This document shows positions 9,401 through 18,584 of a stretch of 46,351 nt of DNA, in pieces. The notes under the pieces were generated by a model. The model did no database searches, was not told the origin of the DNA, and saw only the letters and a list, made by a program, of their open reading frames with translations. The DNA is taken from positions 1-46,351 of IMG/VR virus record IMGVR_UViG_3300032312_000634; one strand, 5' to 3'. The DNA comes from a virus. Its lineage: Duplodnaviria; Caudoviricetes. Within the stretch, counting starts at the first letter, position 1, and each line of letters opens with the position of its first letter. Position numbers and translations under genes: made by a program.

Positions 9401-10437
9401 AGAACTGTGATGTTATTTGTTGCCGCATTAGCAGTATCTCTGGCATATGAATCTGTGCTGGTTGAAACACTAGTATTGGCTTTATCGAACGCTGCTTGTG
9501 CTAATATATTTGTTGTGTTAGCTTGATTAAATGCATCTTGAGCATAATCATATGTTGTTTTAACTGCTAACGGTGTGGCAGCATTTGCACCAGACACACT
9601 TAATGTTGATGATACACTATCATTTAATTGTAAAACACCTCTTACTGAACCTGTACCAATTTGTGGTGAAGTTACACCTGCTGAAATGATACGACCATTG
9701 GCCGCATAACCAATAACTGGAATTTGTGTAGAACTACCAATAGAACTACCCAGTAATGACACATTTGTTACATCTGTATTGGCTCTATCTCGTGCAAATT
9801 GGTCAATCGCTGAACCAGTTATTGAACTGTTGGCTGTATTTCTGGCGTATTGGTCTACTGCTGAACCACTTGAAGAATTGTTGGCCAAATCTCTGGCAAC
9901 TTGGTCTACTGCTGAGCCAGTTATTGAACTATTGGCCGTATTTCTGGCGTATTGGTCTGTTGCAGTTCCGGTAAATGCAGTATTTTGTACTGTACTATCG
10001 GGAAATGTTAATTTACCATCTGCACCTAAACTTAATTTGTAAATACCATTAACTAAGTTTGCTGTATCTGGTTGTGAAAAATTTGAATTGCTGACAGCGG
10101 TGATAAGGCCATTTGCAGAAACTTGAATAACTGGAATAGCAGTTTGACCACCATAATAACCAGGAGTTAAACCGTTTACATTACTTAATACGGCACCATA
10201 AAATTGTCCGTTGGCGTCACGTTTTACTAATGTATTTGCTGTGGCATTAGGTGTTGCAGAATCGATAGTCTGCGTATAGAATCTTCCACCTACATTTAGA
10301 ACACCGTCACTAGTAGGAGAACCAATAAAAAAGGTATTAGATAAATATGAGTACGCTAATTCACCTGGTTCAAGATAAGGTGGAATTGCTGTAATAAACG
10401 AACGTTTAATTATAACGCCGGTGTTTGATGTAGCCAT
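6466..10437 (-). CDS. Long tail fibre protein with an Mtd_N-like N-terminus and coiled repeats
   Basis: N-terminal 'VIIKRS....PPYLEPGELAYSY..NTFFIG' (major-tropism-determinant-N-like); two 'G.V.L.DS.SST......AATPLAVKT.YD.A' phage fibre repeats; many 'LQGVN.TQNN.IT' and 'AQAAFDKANT' repeats. Confidence 0.8.
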   Translation of the reverse strand: MATSNTGVIIKRSFITAIPPYLEPGELAYSYLSNTFFIGSPTSDGVLNVGGRFYTQTIDSATPNATANTLVKRDANGQFYGAVLSNVNGLTPGYYGGQTAIPVIQVSANGLITAVSNSNFSQPDTANLVNGIYKLSLGADGKLTFPDSTVQNTAFTGTATDQYARNTANSSITGSAVDQVARDLANNSSSGSAVDQYARNTANSSITGSAIDQFARDRANTDVTNVSLLGSSIGSSTQIPVIGYAANGRIISAGVTSPQIGTGSVRGVLQLNDSVSSTLSVSGANAATPLAVKTTYDYAQDAFNQANTTNILAQAAFDKANTSVSTSTDSYARDTANAATNNITVLQGVNTTQNNSITVLQGVNTTQNTDISILYATNLTQNNSITVIQSVDVTQNSRITSADDLARSAFGQANAAFTQANVGATFVNTGGTITGNVLITRDLSITGNLFVLGNATTINTSSLSVQDSIITLGVGNYTTDLLDIGFAGHYNAGTNAHTGIIRDASVKEFFVFDGYTPEITSNSNININNASFNKANLNAGVFKGNLIGSTAVVNEIELYNYTTSGFAKANTVGILAQASFDVANTAAANTVYLQTINNTQNTNITSVNAYASSAYDKANSANVLAQAAFDKANTGVTTSTDQFARDTANTAASNTVYLQTINDTQNTSITSINTFASSAFDKANSANVLAQAAFNVANTDVTNISLVGSSVGSSTQIPVIGYAANGRIISAGVASPQTASGLVKGIVELSDSISSTLGVSGANAATPLAVKTAYDYAQAAFNTANGAFNTANNANTRTIINGLGNSKLDFNTYGANSAYLTTTSDDSTALFMGLVSVDLYAHTNINIRTNTGGTSKQWTFGDDGTLTFPDNAVQSTAFIGYGIDNVARNTANYASANTIYTQGVDATQNTNITNINTFAGSAYNQANSANILAQAAFDKANTAAAGNIDQYARDIANTATSNITILQGVNTTQNNSITSLQGVNDAQNNSITVLQGVNTTQNNSITALQNVDLTQNNNITILQGVNDTQNNIITSLQDVNLTQNNRITSADDLARSAFNQANTVGVLAQAGFDKSNSSNVLAQAAFDKANTSITADQYARDTANSAVANTIYTQGVDATQNTNITSATNLAQAAFDKANTATTSSVDQYARDTANTATSNITILQGVNTTQNTNITNVNSLAQAAFDKANTGVSSSVDQFARDTANTATSNITILQGVNTTQNTNISSTNNYAASAFNQANAAFTAANNRVLKTGDTITGSLNVNSNISSTKPNTGSLLVIGGVGVSDSIYVGNRVGFSNTSNVSMVYQYYNAATNSLDTVFE
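8495..8565. repeat. 71-bp perfect direct repeat, copy 2 (copy 1 at 4277-4347)
   Basis: Identical to 4277-4347; both encode AQAAFDKANTGVTTSTDQFARDTA in frame. Confidence 0.92.
9785..9960 (-). repeat. Tandem 51-nt (17-aa) coding repeats
   Basis: DQYARNTANSSITGSAV / DQVARDLANNSSSGSAV / DQYARNTANSSITGSAI / DQFARD; DNA near-identical at a 102-nt offset. Confidence 0.85.
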
Positions 10438-10461
10438 TTATGCTTCCCTAATAATATACGG

Positions 10462-10469
10462 TATTTATA
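10462..10469 (-). promoter_or_regulatory. T4-type late promoter TATAAATA
   Basis: Exact TATAAATA on the - strand, 24 nt upstream of the ATG at 10437, with a GGGAAG RBS-like sequence in between. Confidence 0.8.
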
Positions 10470-10479
10470 CAACGTACCG

Positions 10480-10722
10480 TTAGAACTCTCCTCCATCAAA
10501 CTTACCGGGAATTTCACCTGTTGTTGCGGCCAAAGAAGTCTCTGCGGTAACCAATGCCGTACCTGAATCAGTAACGGCTTGTGCAGACGCAGCTAAGGCT
10601 TCATTTACTTTTGACGCAAGACCAGAACCAACAAAAGTTGTAGTTCCTGTTACTGTTTGTTGTTGGCCTTGATTAACACGAACACTTATTGATTGTATTG
10701 GGCTTACTGTTACGTTTGGCAT
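10480..10722 (-). CDS. Small virion protein ending in a DGGEF motif
   Basis: 80 aa, tightly packed in the fibre operon; C-terminal 'FDGGEF' resembles the DGG-x-F/Y ends of phage fibre-associated proteins. Confidence 0.6.
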   Translation of the reverse strand: MPNVTVSPIQSISVRVNQGQQQTVTGTTTFVGSGLASKVNEALAASAQAVTDSGTALVTAETSLAATTGEIPGKFDGGEF

Positions 10723-10723
10723 C

Positions 10724-11068
10724 TTATCTGGTTACCGATGGAGAGATGAATATTTGCCCCTCAAGAACTCTAGTCACCGTACCAAATGTTTGATCTCTAA
10801 TAATAACGTCATAAACCAATTTTTGAGTAGCGCTTATTGCTGCTGTAGTATTTGAATTTGCTGTGAGTGTTACGATGCCACTGTTAGCGTTTGCAATAAC
10901 AGTACCAAAATTAATTACAACATTTGAAGAATAGTATGATTTTCTGGCCTGTCCTGTTATTGTGAAATCATTTAGATCATAAGGAAAACCATTACTATCC
11001 GTCAGAGTTAACTCTGTACTAAATGTGGTACCTTGTTCTAAAAATAAATCTTGATATGCTGCAGCCAT
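10724..11068 (-). CDS. Conserved Ig-like virion structural protein (BppU-N-like)
   Basis: 'LFLEQGTTFS..LTL.D.NG.PYDL..FT..GQ.RKSY' and 'VYDV.I.......VTRVLEG.I.ISP.VTR' pattern common in aquatic T4-like phages; AGGA RBS. Confidence 0.7.
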   Translation of the reverse strand: MAAAYQDLFLEQGTTFSTELTLTDSNGFPYDLNDFTITGQARKSYYSSNVVINFGTVIANANSGIVTLTANSNTTAAISATQKLVYDVIIRDQTFGTVTRVLEGQIFISPSVTR

Positions 11069-11076
11069 TTATTTTC

Positions 11077-11307
11077 CTATTTTGCAAATTGTTCTACTAA
11101 ATGTTTTTTAATTTGTTCTTCGTCTATAATAGTATCAAGCCACACTTCATGTCCTTCTGGTGTCAATTCAATAACAGAATATGGTTGTTTATGTGTATGT
11201 AACATATACAGATCAAAGGCTCTTTCGGATACTAACTCTAAACACTCATCAAGAGTTTCTACAGTGGTATATAGACCATCTAATGGATTAAAAACTTTAT
11301 ATTTCAT
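11077..11307 (-). CDS. Hypothetical acidic protein, possibly a fibre/adhesin assembly chaperone
   Basis: 76 aa directly after the adhesin; composition unlike the Asn/Thr-rich fibre proteins. Confidence 0.55.
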   Translation of the reverse strand: MKYKVFNPLDGLYTTVETLDECLELVSERAFDLYMLHTHKQPYSVIELTPEGHEVWLDTIIDEEQIKKHLVEQFAK

Positions 11308-11309
11308 AT

Positions 11310-12935
11310 TTAAACTACAGCACCATATAAAGTTCCTGGTGCAGCAATAATTAATTGTTTACCATTTTTTTCGATTGCTTTTCCACCAAGTCCGACTGAA
11401 ACTAAGTCAGTTGCTGGAGTAATAGAACCTACACCTCCAGAAGCACCCCATCCTCCACCGCCACCTCCACCATCGGCAGTTGAAACAGGTGAACCATTGA
11501 CACCTACTTGATCTAAACTTCCACCATTACCACCATTAGCTTGTGCTGGACCACCATTTGCGCCTCCGCCACCTCCGCCGGCACCACCACCAAATCCTCG
11601 AACATCAACACCTGGATTTCCACCATTGCCGCCAGTACCATTTATGATTCTTCCGCCACCGCCACCTGAACCATATTGGCCTCCTGTGTCTGATGTAACT
11701 ATGCTTCCGTTAGAACCAGTATTACCTATTGAACCACCAACACCACCAGCTGCTGTAGATCCACCACCAGAAGATCCTCCCGTAAATGATGCAGAAGCAA
11801 ATATCATCGCATTAGTATCAGATGCTGTGATCTGATGTAAAGAACTAAGTGGTTGAGCACCTTTTAGGCCAATAAAAACAAAAGCTCTTCGACTTTCAGT
11901 ATTAATTCTTGTCCAAGTTTTTGGATTTGTTGTGCGTCCTCCATAATTATTTATTAACTCATTAGCAATTGCTTCTTTCATCTCAGAAGCATCTAAACCG
12001 GCCATTACAATAATTCTACCTATAGGAACATTTTGTAGAGCTAATAATAATGCATTATTATCTCCTGTTTTAAAATCTTCCCATGTGTCATAACATATTG
12101 CAGATTCTACTGCTAAATTTTGTGGATTTAATACTACCATATTAATACCCCTACTAGATAGTGGAGTATCTCCGGTATTTCCTACTTTTGGTGGTTTAAA
12201 TAAAAGTCGTCCTGTTCTATCTAGACAAGTTATTTTAGTGCCATTGATCTTGATATAGGCATTATTTGCAAGAGGAGAAGTGCCACCACTTTCTACACCA
12301 TATGTGGTAGCACCACCACCTACACTACTAACAACGATGCTAGCTGAAGGATTTAAACCAAAACTAGAAGGTGGATTAAGTGGATCAAATCCTCCTGTCA
12401 TAAAAGTTATATTGCTGAGAGTAGCTGGTATCTCAGTTCCTCCTCCTACTCCACCACCAAATACTGATCCGCCATACCCACCACCAGCACCACCGCCACC
12501 TGATCCAGTTGTTGCTCTGTTTGCAGCTGCACCACCACCGCCACCGCCAGCGATGCTGTTAAAATTGAATAGTGTTGTATTAGAACTTATTGACATGGCC
12601 GTTCCGCCATTCGTAGCTGCAACTGTTCCTAATTGACCACCGTAAGTACCACCATCACCACCACGACCCATTACATAACCTTTATTAATGATATAGATGG
12701 TATCGTTAGCATTCCAACCACTAACAGTTAATGCTGGAGTGGAAATACTATTCGAATAAAGATAAATGTTATCAGATATTGTTAATGTTGCTGTAGTATT
12801 TCCAGCTATGTATCCAGCAACTTTTGCTGGATTAAAAGTATATGTTTCTGTATTTGATGTTATATTAGCATACAACAATGGTCCGCTGGTGGGATTAGTT
12901 GAACCACCACTCATTAACATGGAGATTATACTCAT
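11310..12935 (-). CDS. Glycine-rich gp38-like receptor-recognition adhesin with an inserted GG-type (ILEI/PANDER-like) lectin domain
   Basis: 'IYIINKGYVMGRGGDGG...NGGTAM...NFNSIAGGGGGG' and 'GGGGGGGWGASGG...GLGGKAI...GTLYGAV' match the T2/S16 gp38 polyglycine architecture; central 'RGINMVVLN....V.....YDT.......L...L..VP.GRIIVMA..D...RRAFVFIGLKG' matches the GG domain. Confidence 0.75.
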   Translation of the reverse strand: MSIISMLMSGGSTNPTSGPLLYANITSNTETYTFNPAKVAGYIAGNTTATLTISDNIYLYSNSISTPALTVSGWNANDTIYIINKGYVMGRGGDGGTYGGQLGTVAATNGGTAMSISSNTTLFNFNSIAGGGGGGAAANRATTGSGGGGAGGGYGGSVFGGGVGGGTEIPATLSNITFMTGGFDPLNPPSSFGLNPSASIVVSSVGGGATTYGVESGGTSPLANNAYIKINGTKITCLDRTGRLLFKPPKVGNTGDTPLSSRGINMVVLNPQNLAVESAICYDTWEDFKTGDNNALLLALQNVPIGRIIVMAGLDASEMKEAIANELINNYGGRTTNPKTWTRINTESRRAFVFIGLKGAQPLSSLHQITASDTNAMIFASASFTGGSSGGGSTAAGGVGGSIGNTGSNGSIVTSDTGGQYGSGGGGGRIINGTGGNGGNPGVDVRGFGGGAGGGGGGANGGPAQANGGNGGSLDQVGVNGSPVSTADGGGGGGGWGASGGVGSITPATDLVSVGLGGKAIEKNGKQLIIAAPGTLYGAVV

Positions 12936-12936
12936 A

Positions 12937-14184
12937 TTAATTTAATCCTGCACCACTGATTACAAAGTTATTTGGTGAGAAACACAATACAGTGGCCAAA
13001 CCAAATTGACCTAATGATGTATTACCTCTTGTACCACGACCAGCAAAGATTACATTTGCATTAGGAGCATTAGCAATATTCATTGCAGAAGTTGAGTTAT
13101 TAAAGATAGTAATAACTTGACCTACACCAAATACATTGTTTGGTACGACAACGTAACCATTGGTGATTGAAACATGTCGGCCATTATCTTCTGATGTCAA
13201 GACATAAGATGTGGTTTGACCATTTTGTGGAATAGACCTTATATTTCCGTAACGATCTGAAACTGAAAACATTACCAAGTTTGGTTCAATATTTGATGAT
13301 CTAATATTACCAGTAATCTGTGTGTTAGCAACATTAGAAATTTGTGTATTTGAAATCAAATTAATAATATTAGCCGCATATACATTAGATAGTTGGTTTG
13401 GACCCAATTTACCAATAATCTGACTATTTGATATATTGGCAATTTGTGTATTAGCAATCAAGTTAATAATATTGACTGCATACACGTTAGAAATCTGATC
13501 TGGACCTAATTTACCAATAATTTTAACATTACCAATATTAGCAATCTGCGTATTAGCAATCAAGTTAATGATATTGGCAGCATACACATTTGAAATTTGG
13601 TCAGGTCCTAATTTACCAACGATTAAGTTATTGGCAACATTGGCAATCTGTGAAGATGTAATTAAACCCTGTATCGAAATATTATAAACATTACTGATTT
13701 GTGTTGCTATAATGTTACCAGAAATTTTTGTATTAGCAAGACTTATAATTTGACTTGATGGAATTAAAGTTAGTTTATTACTATCTATATTAAATGCAAG
13801 TTGTGCATTAGTAATTAAACCAGTAATTTGAGTTGAATGTATATTTGAAATCTGTGTATTGGAGATATTACCTGTTAACACATTACTGTTTACATTTGAG
13901 ATTTGAGCTGCATTAATGGTACCAATAATTTTTGTATTGGCAATATTGATGATTTGTGTATTTGATATCTGTCCAATAATACTATTACCATACACATTTG
14001 CAACTTGGTCAGCTGATAGTCTTGTACTAATTTGAGTGTTGGCAATACTAATGAGAACATTAGATGCTGAATAAATTCTACCTTGTGAATCGATAGCTAT
14101 TTGAGGAACACTATTTGCTAAACCATAGACTGTGTTACCAACCGAGGTGTTTGCTAAAACTGATCCTGTTACTTTTGTTGTCAT
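12937..14184 (-). CDS. Fibre protein with 17/34-aa Ile/Asn-rich repeats
   Basis: Three near-identical 102-nt units (IIGKLGPDQISNVYAANIINLIANTQIANI...) within a longer 17-aa periodic region; C-terminal 'SYVLTSEDNG.....VVVP...F.VGQVITI.N' fibre-tip-like domain. Confidence 0.7.
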   Translation of the reverse strand: MTTKVTGSVLANTSVGNTVYGLANSVPQIAIDSQGRIYSASNVLISIANTQISTRLSADQVANVYGNSIIGQISNTQIINIANTKIIGTINAAQISNVNSNVLTGNISNTQISNIHSTQITGLITNAQLAFNIDSNKLTLIPSSQIISLANTKISGNIIATQISNVYNISIQGLITSSQIANVANNLIVGKLGPDQISNVYAANIINLIANTQIANIGNVKIIGKLGPDQISNVYAVNIINLIANTQIANISNSQIIGKLGPNQLSNVYAANIINLISNTQISNVANTQITGNIRSSNIEPNLVMFSVSDRYGNIRSIPQNGQTTSYVLTSEDNGRHVSITNGYVVVPNNVFGVGQVITIFNNSTSAMNIANAPNANVIFAGRGTRGNTSLGQFGLATVLCFSPNNFVISGAGLN

Positions 14185-17100
14185 TTATTGTTTCCCTTTT
14201 AGTACATCCACTTCATGTTTCAAATCTATAATTTTTTGATTCAATTCTTTGATTGCTTCAATTAATAATACAGTTAAGTGTTCGTAACGAACGGCCTTAC
14301 TTGATTGTTCTGCACCTAATGGTGTAAAGTCATAGACAACTTCAGGAACAATTGGTTGTATTTCTTGAGCAATAACACCAAGTAGTCTAGTTTTGTTTGT
14401 GTCTGATTTATAGTTATAGTAATAACCATTGATATTTGTTATCTTATCTAGTGCAGTATCAATTCTTACAATGTTCTCTTTCAGGCTAACATCTGAAGGT
14501 GAACCAAACGCAGTCATGTTACCTAATGATACTAAGTTACCTGTTGCATCAAGTGACATTAAGAGACCATTAGTAAATGAATTATTTGTACTCTTATACC
14601 AGTTATGAGTATTACCAGACATCTGATACATAGCACCAACACCGGTCGTCTCTGCTGTCCAACCACTACCATTATACCATGTATTGTTTGAAAAATGTGC
14701 ATAGTTAAGTGCAGATGTTCCACCAGATGATATGTGTGTGTTACCAATCTTTGCAAAACTATTCTGTACTATATTCAACGATCCAGCAGTTGCACTTGCA
14801 GCAACACCTAAACCAACTGAATTAAATTGCGGTAGAGATGTTGTTCCTAATTGTCCAGCAGTAATTATGCCTGTAAGGTTAGCAGTAGGTAAACTTATAG
14901 GTGTATTGGCCGCAGCTGTTACACGACCAGCGGCATCTACTGTAAATGTAGGAACATAACCTGCAGCACCATAAGAGGTTGCAGTTACACCACTACTGTT
15001 TAAGTTTGCTGATGTAAATAGACCAGTAACTCTTGTATTTGCAACTGAGATCAGAGTGTTTGTTACAGAAATAACTCGACCAGCAACATCTACAGCAATG
15101 ACAGGAAGAGTATTGGCAGAACCATAAGTTGTCGCTACAACACCTGTATTGCTTAAGTTTGCTGATGAGAATAAACCGGTAACTTGTGTATTTGCGATTG
15201 ACAGGAAAGTGTTTTGTACAGATGTAATACGACCAGCTGGATCTACAGTAATAACAGCATGGTAAGTAGTATTACCAAAAGTAATACTTGATAAGTTACT
15301 TGTAGCTGTTGCTACACCAGTGTTTGATAAATTTGCAGATAAGAATATACCAGTAACCTGTGTGTTAGCTATGCGTATGAGTGCATTTTGGATTGCTGTG
15401 ATTCTACCTTTGACATCCGTTGTTAAAATAATTGAACTATTTGTGGTAACTACTGAATTATTTGAACTACCATATGTATTGTTTGCAATCAGATTTGGTA
15501 AATCCGCCGTAGCTGCTGTGTTTGAAACAGCAACAATACGACCAGCAGGATCAACTGTTATTACTGGAATAAATGAAGTGTTACCAAAAGTCATACTTGA
15601 AGTATTACCTGTGGCGATTGTTACACCAGTGTTTGTTAAGTTTGCTGATGAGAACAGGCCAGTAACACTAGTGTTTGCAATTATTAAACGATTATTTGTT
15701 ACAGAAAGGATACGACCAGCTGGATCTACCGTGAATGTAGGATAGAATGTGCTGTTACCAAAAGTAATGCTTGATAAGTTAGCTGTAGAAGTAGCTACAC
15801 CTGTATTGCTTAAGTTTGCTGATGAGAATATACCAGTAACCTGTGTATTTGCAACAGATATTAATGTGTTTGTTACACGAGTGATACGTCCTGCTGGATC
15901 AACAGTTATAACTGGAACAGTATTTGCTATACCAAAAGTTATAGGTGATAAGTTAGCTGTAGAAGTAGTCACACCTGTGTTGGACAAGTTGGCTGACGTT
16001 AATACTAAACCGCTAACTGCTGAAGCTTGAATTGTAAATGCTTGATTTGATACAGCAGTAATACGACCAGCAGGGTCAACAGTAATGATAGGGTATGTAC
16101 TTATACTACCAAAAGTAATGGGTGATGCATTTCCTGTGCTGGTTGTTACGCCTGTATTTGATAGGTTTGCTGATGAGAATAAACCTGTAACTCTAGTATT
16201 TGCAACAGTTACAACAATATTGTATGAATTACCAGAATTCAATACATTTTGTACGAATGCCGTAGTGGCAATCATTGTATTTGAAGTTAAATTGGCCGCA
16301 GTTGGTGCTCTTGGAATACCATACAAAACAGTGCTATTTGCCCATGCTACATTACCAATCAGTGCATCAATAACTAGTTGAATAGTATTTGCATTTGCAC
16401 CTGTCCATAATGTATTTGGAGTAAAGGCCGTATTGTTTGCATAATAAGTTGTATTTGCAAACCCATCAACTTCAAATAGTATTTGTGTTCCAACTTTAGG
16501 TGAATTTGTAAACACTCCACCCGTATTAAATGTTACTATCGTATTACTTGTTTCTATATACTCTGTTGGAAACTGTCTTACACCATCTATATAAACTCTT
16601 AATTGTCCTGAACCTGGAGTATACAATGGCACCACATAGGAATTTCCTGCTCCGTTACCTGTAACGAGTGTTCTAGATGTTCTAATTATAGTGCCAGGAG
16701 TTGTACCTGGTGCTGAAACATTATTTGATGATATCCAAAAATAACTTCCTGTTCCATTTGTTGTTAATACTTGCCCAACTCCGGTGGATGGAGGTAACAG
16801 TGTATCTAAAGCACCAGCTGAAGTTGTAGCACCTGTACCACCTTGAGTTACTGCTAATGGATTAGTTAAAGTTAAACCATTAAATGTTGGGCTAGCTGTT
16901 ATTCTCAAATCTTGAGAAGTGTTAACAGTTAATACGTTACCTGAACCTGCAATAGTAACTCCATTATTACTAACAAAAGATATTATTCCATTATTTGGTG
17001 AAGCGGAACCTGTTGTACCAACAACAAAATTTAATGAAGTATTAGCTCTTGCAAATCCAGCATTAGAATAAACACCTACTGTGTTTGCATAGTTGAATGA

Positions 17101-18363
17101 TGCTTCGGCTATATTGTATGCAGCGTTAGCTTGTCCTCTTACCCAAAGATCGAGAGCACCATTCGCAGCGTTAAATGCTAATTGCGCTGTACTTATACCT
17201 AAATTTGCAGCATTATATGCGGCTTGCGCTAGTACATTTGCTGAGTTGGCCTTATCAAATGAAGCATTGGCTTGAATTCTAGCAAAAGTATCGATAGCAT
17301 TATTTGCTATATTTGATCCTGAATTTGCCACATTGGCTGCAGTATTCGCCGCATTAAATGCCGCTTGCGCCAAAGCTTGATTTATTTTGATAGAATTATT
17401 CAGTGTGTTTGCAGCATTAGCACTTGCAGCATAAGTTGCAGTAGAAGATGCACTAAAATTTAAATCAACATCATCAGTTAAAAGTTCTGATGTTAAAATT
17501 CTATAAAAGCTATCGTTTGTATATATTGTTGGAAAGTTTGCTGTTGGACCTAGTGAACTAATTTCCCAATATAATTTAGTGGAATTGTATTTTATTTCTG
17601 CATTAGTACCGCCTGGTCTTACTTTTTTAATAGAAACATTTGATCCGACTGTACCACCTGCAGCAGGAAAAGTAATTGCGGCGTTACCTACAGTTACACC
17701 ATCAAGTGTAAGACCACCAGAACTTGAACCGGATCCTCCAACACTGAAACCACCATCACCAACAACGATACCCTTAACATAGGCCATTGCATTGTTAGCG
17801 TCAATTAGAGAAGTTACATTTGCTGTAACAGTATTCAGTCTTGTATTAATACTAGAGAATGTTGCTGTATTTTTAGCATCAGTATAATCTTTTGCAGCAG
17901 TTAAAGTTAACGCATCATTTGCTTGTAGGAATGTATTTGCTGTATCTACATATGTTGTTATATCACCGCCTGATTGACTGAATAGTTTTCCAGTAATCGT
18001 TAAGTTACCAGTAATTAATGCATTGTTTGAAACAACTAGACCAGTATTTGCAGCATTGGCATATATCACACCACTAGAGGTTAATGCAACTTCTGTATTT
18101 GTTAGTTCAATCTTTCCACCAACACGTAGATTATTCTGTATATAAGCACCAGAACCAATACCTTGTACCTGCATTTGAGATGCAAAAATGGCATTACTTG
18201 TTACCTGTAAACCGAGAGTTGCATCATTCAGGTATAATGTACCTGAATTTTTATTGTATATACCTGTTGCGAAATTATTATTTTCCCTGACGAGTTGGTT
18301 GGTCGTAACCATCCAATCGCCATATGTATTAGCATAACTTAATAGGTTAACTGTATTAGCCAT
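14185..18363 (-). CDS. Long tail fibre with a C-terminal peptidase S74 intramolecular chaperone
   Basis: 'SDVSLKENI..I..ALDKI..ING..Y.YK...LGVIAQEIQPIVPEVV...VRYEHLT.LLIEAIKEL' at 14496-14185; eight ~58-aa 'SANLSNTGV...FG....P.ITVDPAGRI..V.N' repeats; N-terminal 'NTYGDWMVTTNQL'. Confidence 0.88.
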   Translation of the reverse strand: MANTVNLLSYANTYGDWMVTTNQLVRENNNFATGIYNKNSGTLYLNDATLGLQVTSNAIFASQMQVQGIGSGAYIQNNLRVGGKIELTNTEVALTSSGVIYANAANTGLVVSNNALITGNLTITGKLFSQSGGDITTYVDTANTFLQANDALTLTAAKDYTDAKNTATFSSINTRLNTVTANVTSLIDANNAMAYVKGIVVGDGGFSVGGSGSSSGGLTLDGVTVGNAAITFPAAGGTVGSNVSIKKVRPGGTNAEIKYNSTKLYWEISSLGPTANFPTIYTNDSFYRILTSELLTDDVDLNFSASSTATYAASANAANTLNNSIKINQALAQAAFNAANTAANVANSGSNIANNAIDTFARIQANASFDKANSANVLAQAAYNAANLGISTAQLAFNAANGALDLWVRGQANAAYNIAEASFNYANTVGVYSNAGFARANTSLNFVVGTTGSASPNNGIISFVSNNGVTIAGSGNVLTVNTSQDLRITASPTFNGLTLTNPLAVTQGGTGATTSAGALDTLLPPSTGVGQVLTTNGTGSYFWISSNNVSAPGTTPGTIIRTSRTLVTGNGAGNSYVVPLYTPGSGQLRVYIDGVRQFPTEYIETSNTIVTFNTGGVFTNSPKVGTQILFEVDGFANTTYYANNTAFTPNTLWTGANANTIQLVIDALIGNVAWANSTVLYGIPRAPTAANLTSNTMIATTAFVQNVLNSGNSYNIVVTVANTRVTGLFSSANLSNTGVTTSTGNASPITFGSISTYPIITVDPAGRITAVSNQAFTIQASAVSGLVLTSANLSNTGVTTSTANLSPITFGIANTVPVITVDPAGRITRVTNTLISVANTQVTGIFSSANLSNTGVATSTANLSSITFGNSTFYPTFTVDPAGRILSVTNNRLIIANTSVTGLFSSANLTNTGVTIATGNTSSMTFGNTSFIPVITVDPAGRIVAVSNTAATADLPNLIANNTYGSSNNSVVTTNSSIILTTDVKGRITAIQNALIRIANTQVTGIFLSANLSNTGVATATSNLSSITFGNTTYHAVITVDPAGRITSVQNTFLSIANTQVTGLFSSANLSNTGVVATTYGSANTLPVIAVDVAGRVISVTNTLISVANTRVTGLFTSANLNSSGVTATSYGAAGYVPTFTVDAAGRVTAAANTPISLPTANLTGIITAGQLGTTSLPQFNSVGLGVAASATAGSLNIVQNSFAKIGNTHISSGGTSALNYAHFSNNTWYNGSGWTAETTGVGAMYQMSGNTHNWYKSTNNSFTNGLLMSLDATGNLVSLGNMTAFGSPSDVSLKENIVRIDTALDKITNINGYYYNYKSDTNKTRLLGVIAQEIQPIVPEVVYDFTPLGAEQSSKAVRYEHLTVLLIEAIKELNQKIIDLKHEVDVLKGKQ
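14900..16200 (-). repeat. Eight ~58-aa (174-nt) coding repeats in the S74 fibre
   Basis: The TVD(P/V/A)(A/K)GR(I/V) motif recurs 8 times; DNA copies at about 15540, 15714 and 15888 are 174 nt apart. Confidence 0.85.
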
Positions 18364-18583
18364 TCTTATTCTTATCCAATAGTTGTAACATTAATTGCTT
18401 GATCTCACCCATATCTTCCTTAATATTGGCGATCTCTGCCTTCACAGTATTTATCTCATCTTTTTGGGTCTTTAATAGTCGAACTTTAGAAAGATATTCG
18501 TTCTTGGCCACATCATCTGTATTCATTAACGCCATGCTTTCAGTATCTCTGATGAAATTAGTTCCTGTTACTTTAACGAACAT
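18356..18583 (-). CDS. Small coiled-coil virion-associated protein
   Basis: Probable start is MFVKVTG at 18583, just after the upstream stop, with a CAGGA RBS. 'KV.G....RD..S.A..N.D...Y.........EI..VK.EI..IK.DM.EIK.L..QLL' resembles the small gene that follows VrlC-like genes in aquatic T4-like phages. Confidence 0.75.
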   Translation of the reverse strand: MFVKVTGTNFIRDTESMALMNTDDVAKNEYLSKVRLLKTQKDEINTVKAEIANIKEDMGEIKQLMLQLLDKNKNG

Positions 18584-18584
18584 A

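Noticed and set aside
6466-10437. Diversity-generating retroelement suggested by the Mtd_N-like N-terminus
   Set aside because: No reverse transcriptase in the window and no template/variable repeat pair differing only at adenines was seen.
3721-16200. CRISPR array suggested by recurring short repeats
   Set aside because: The repeats are in-frame coding units with codon-position variation and no unique-spacer structure.
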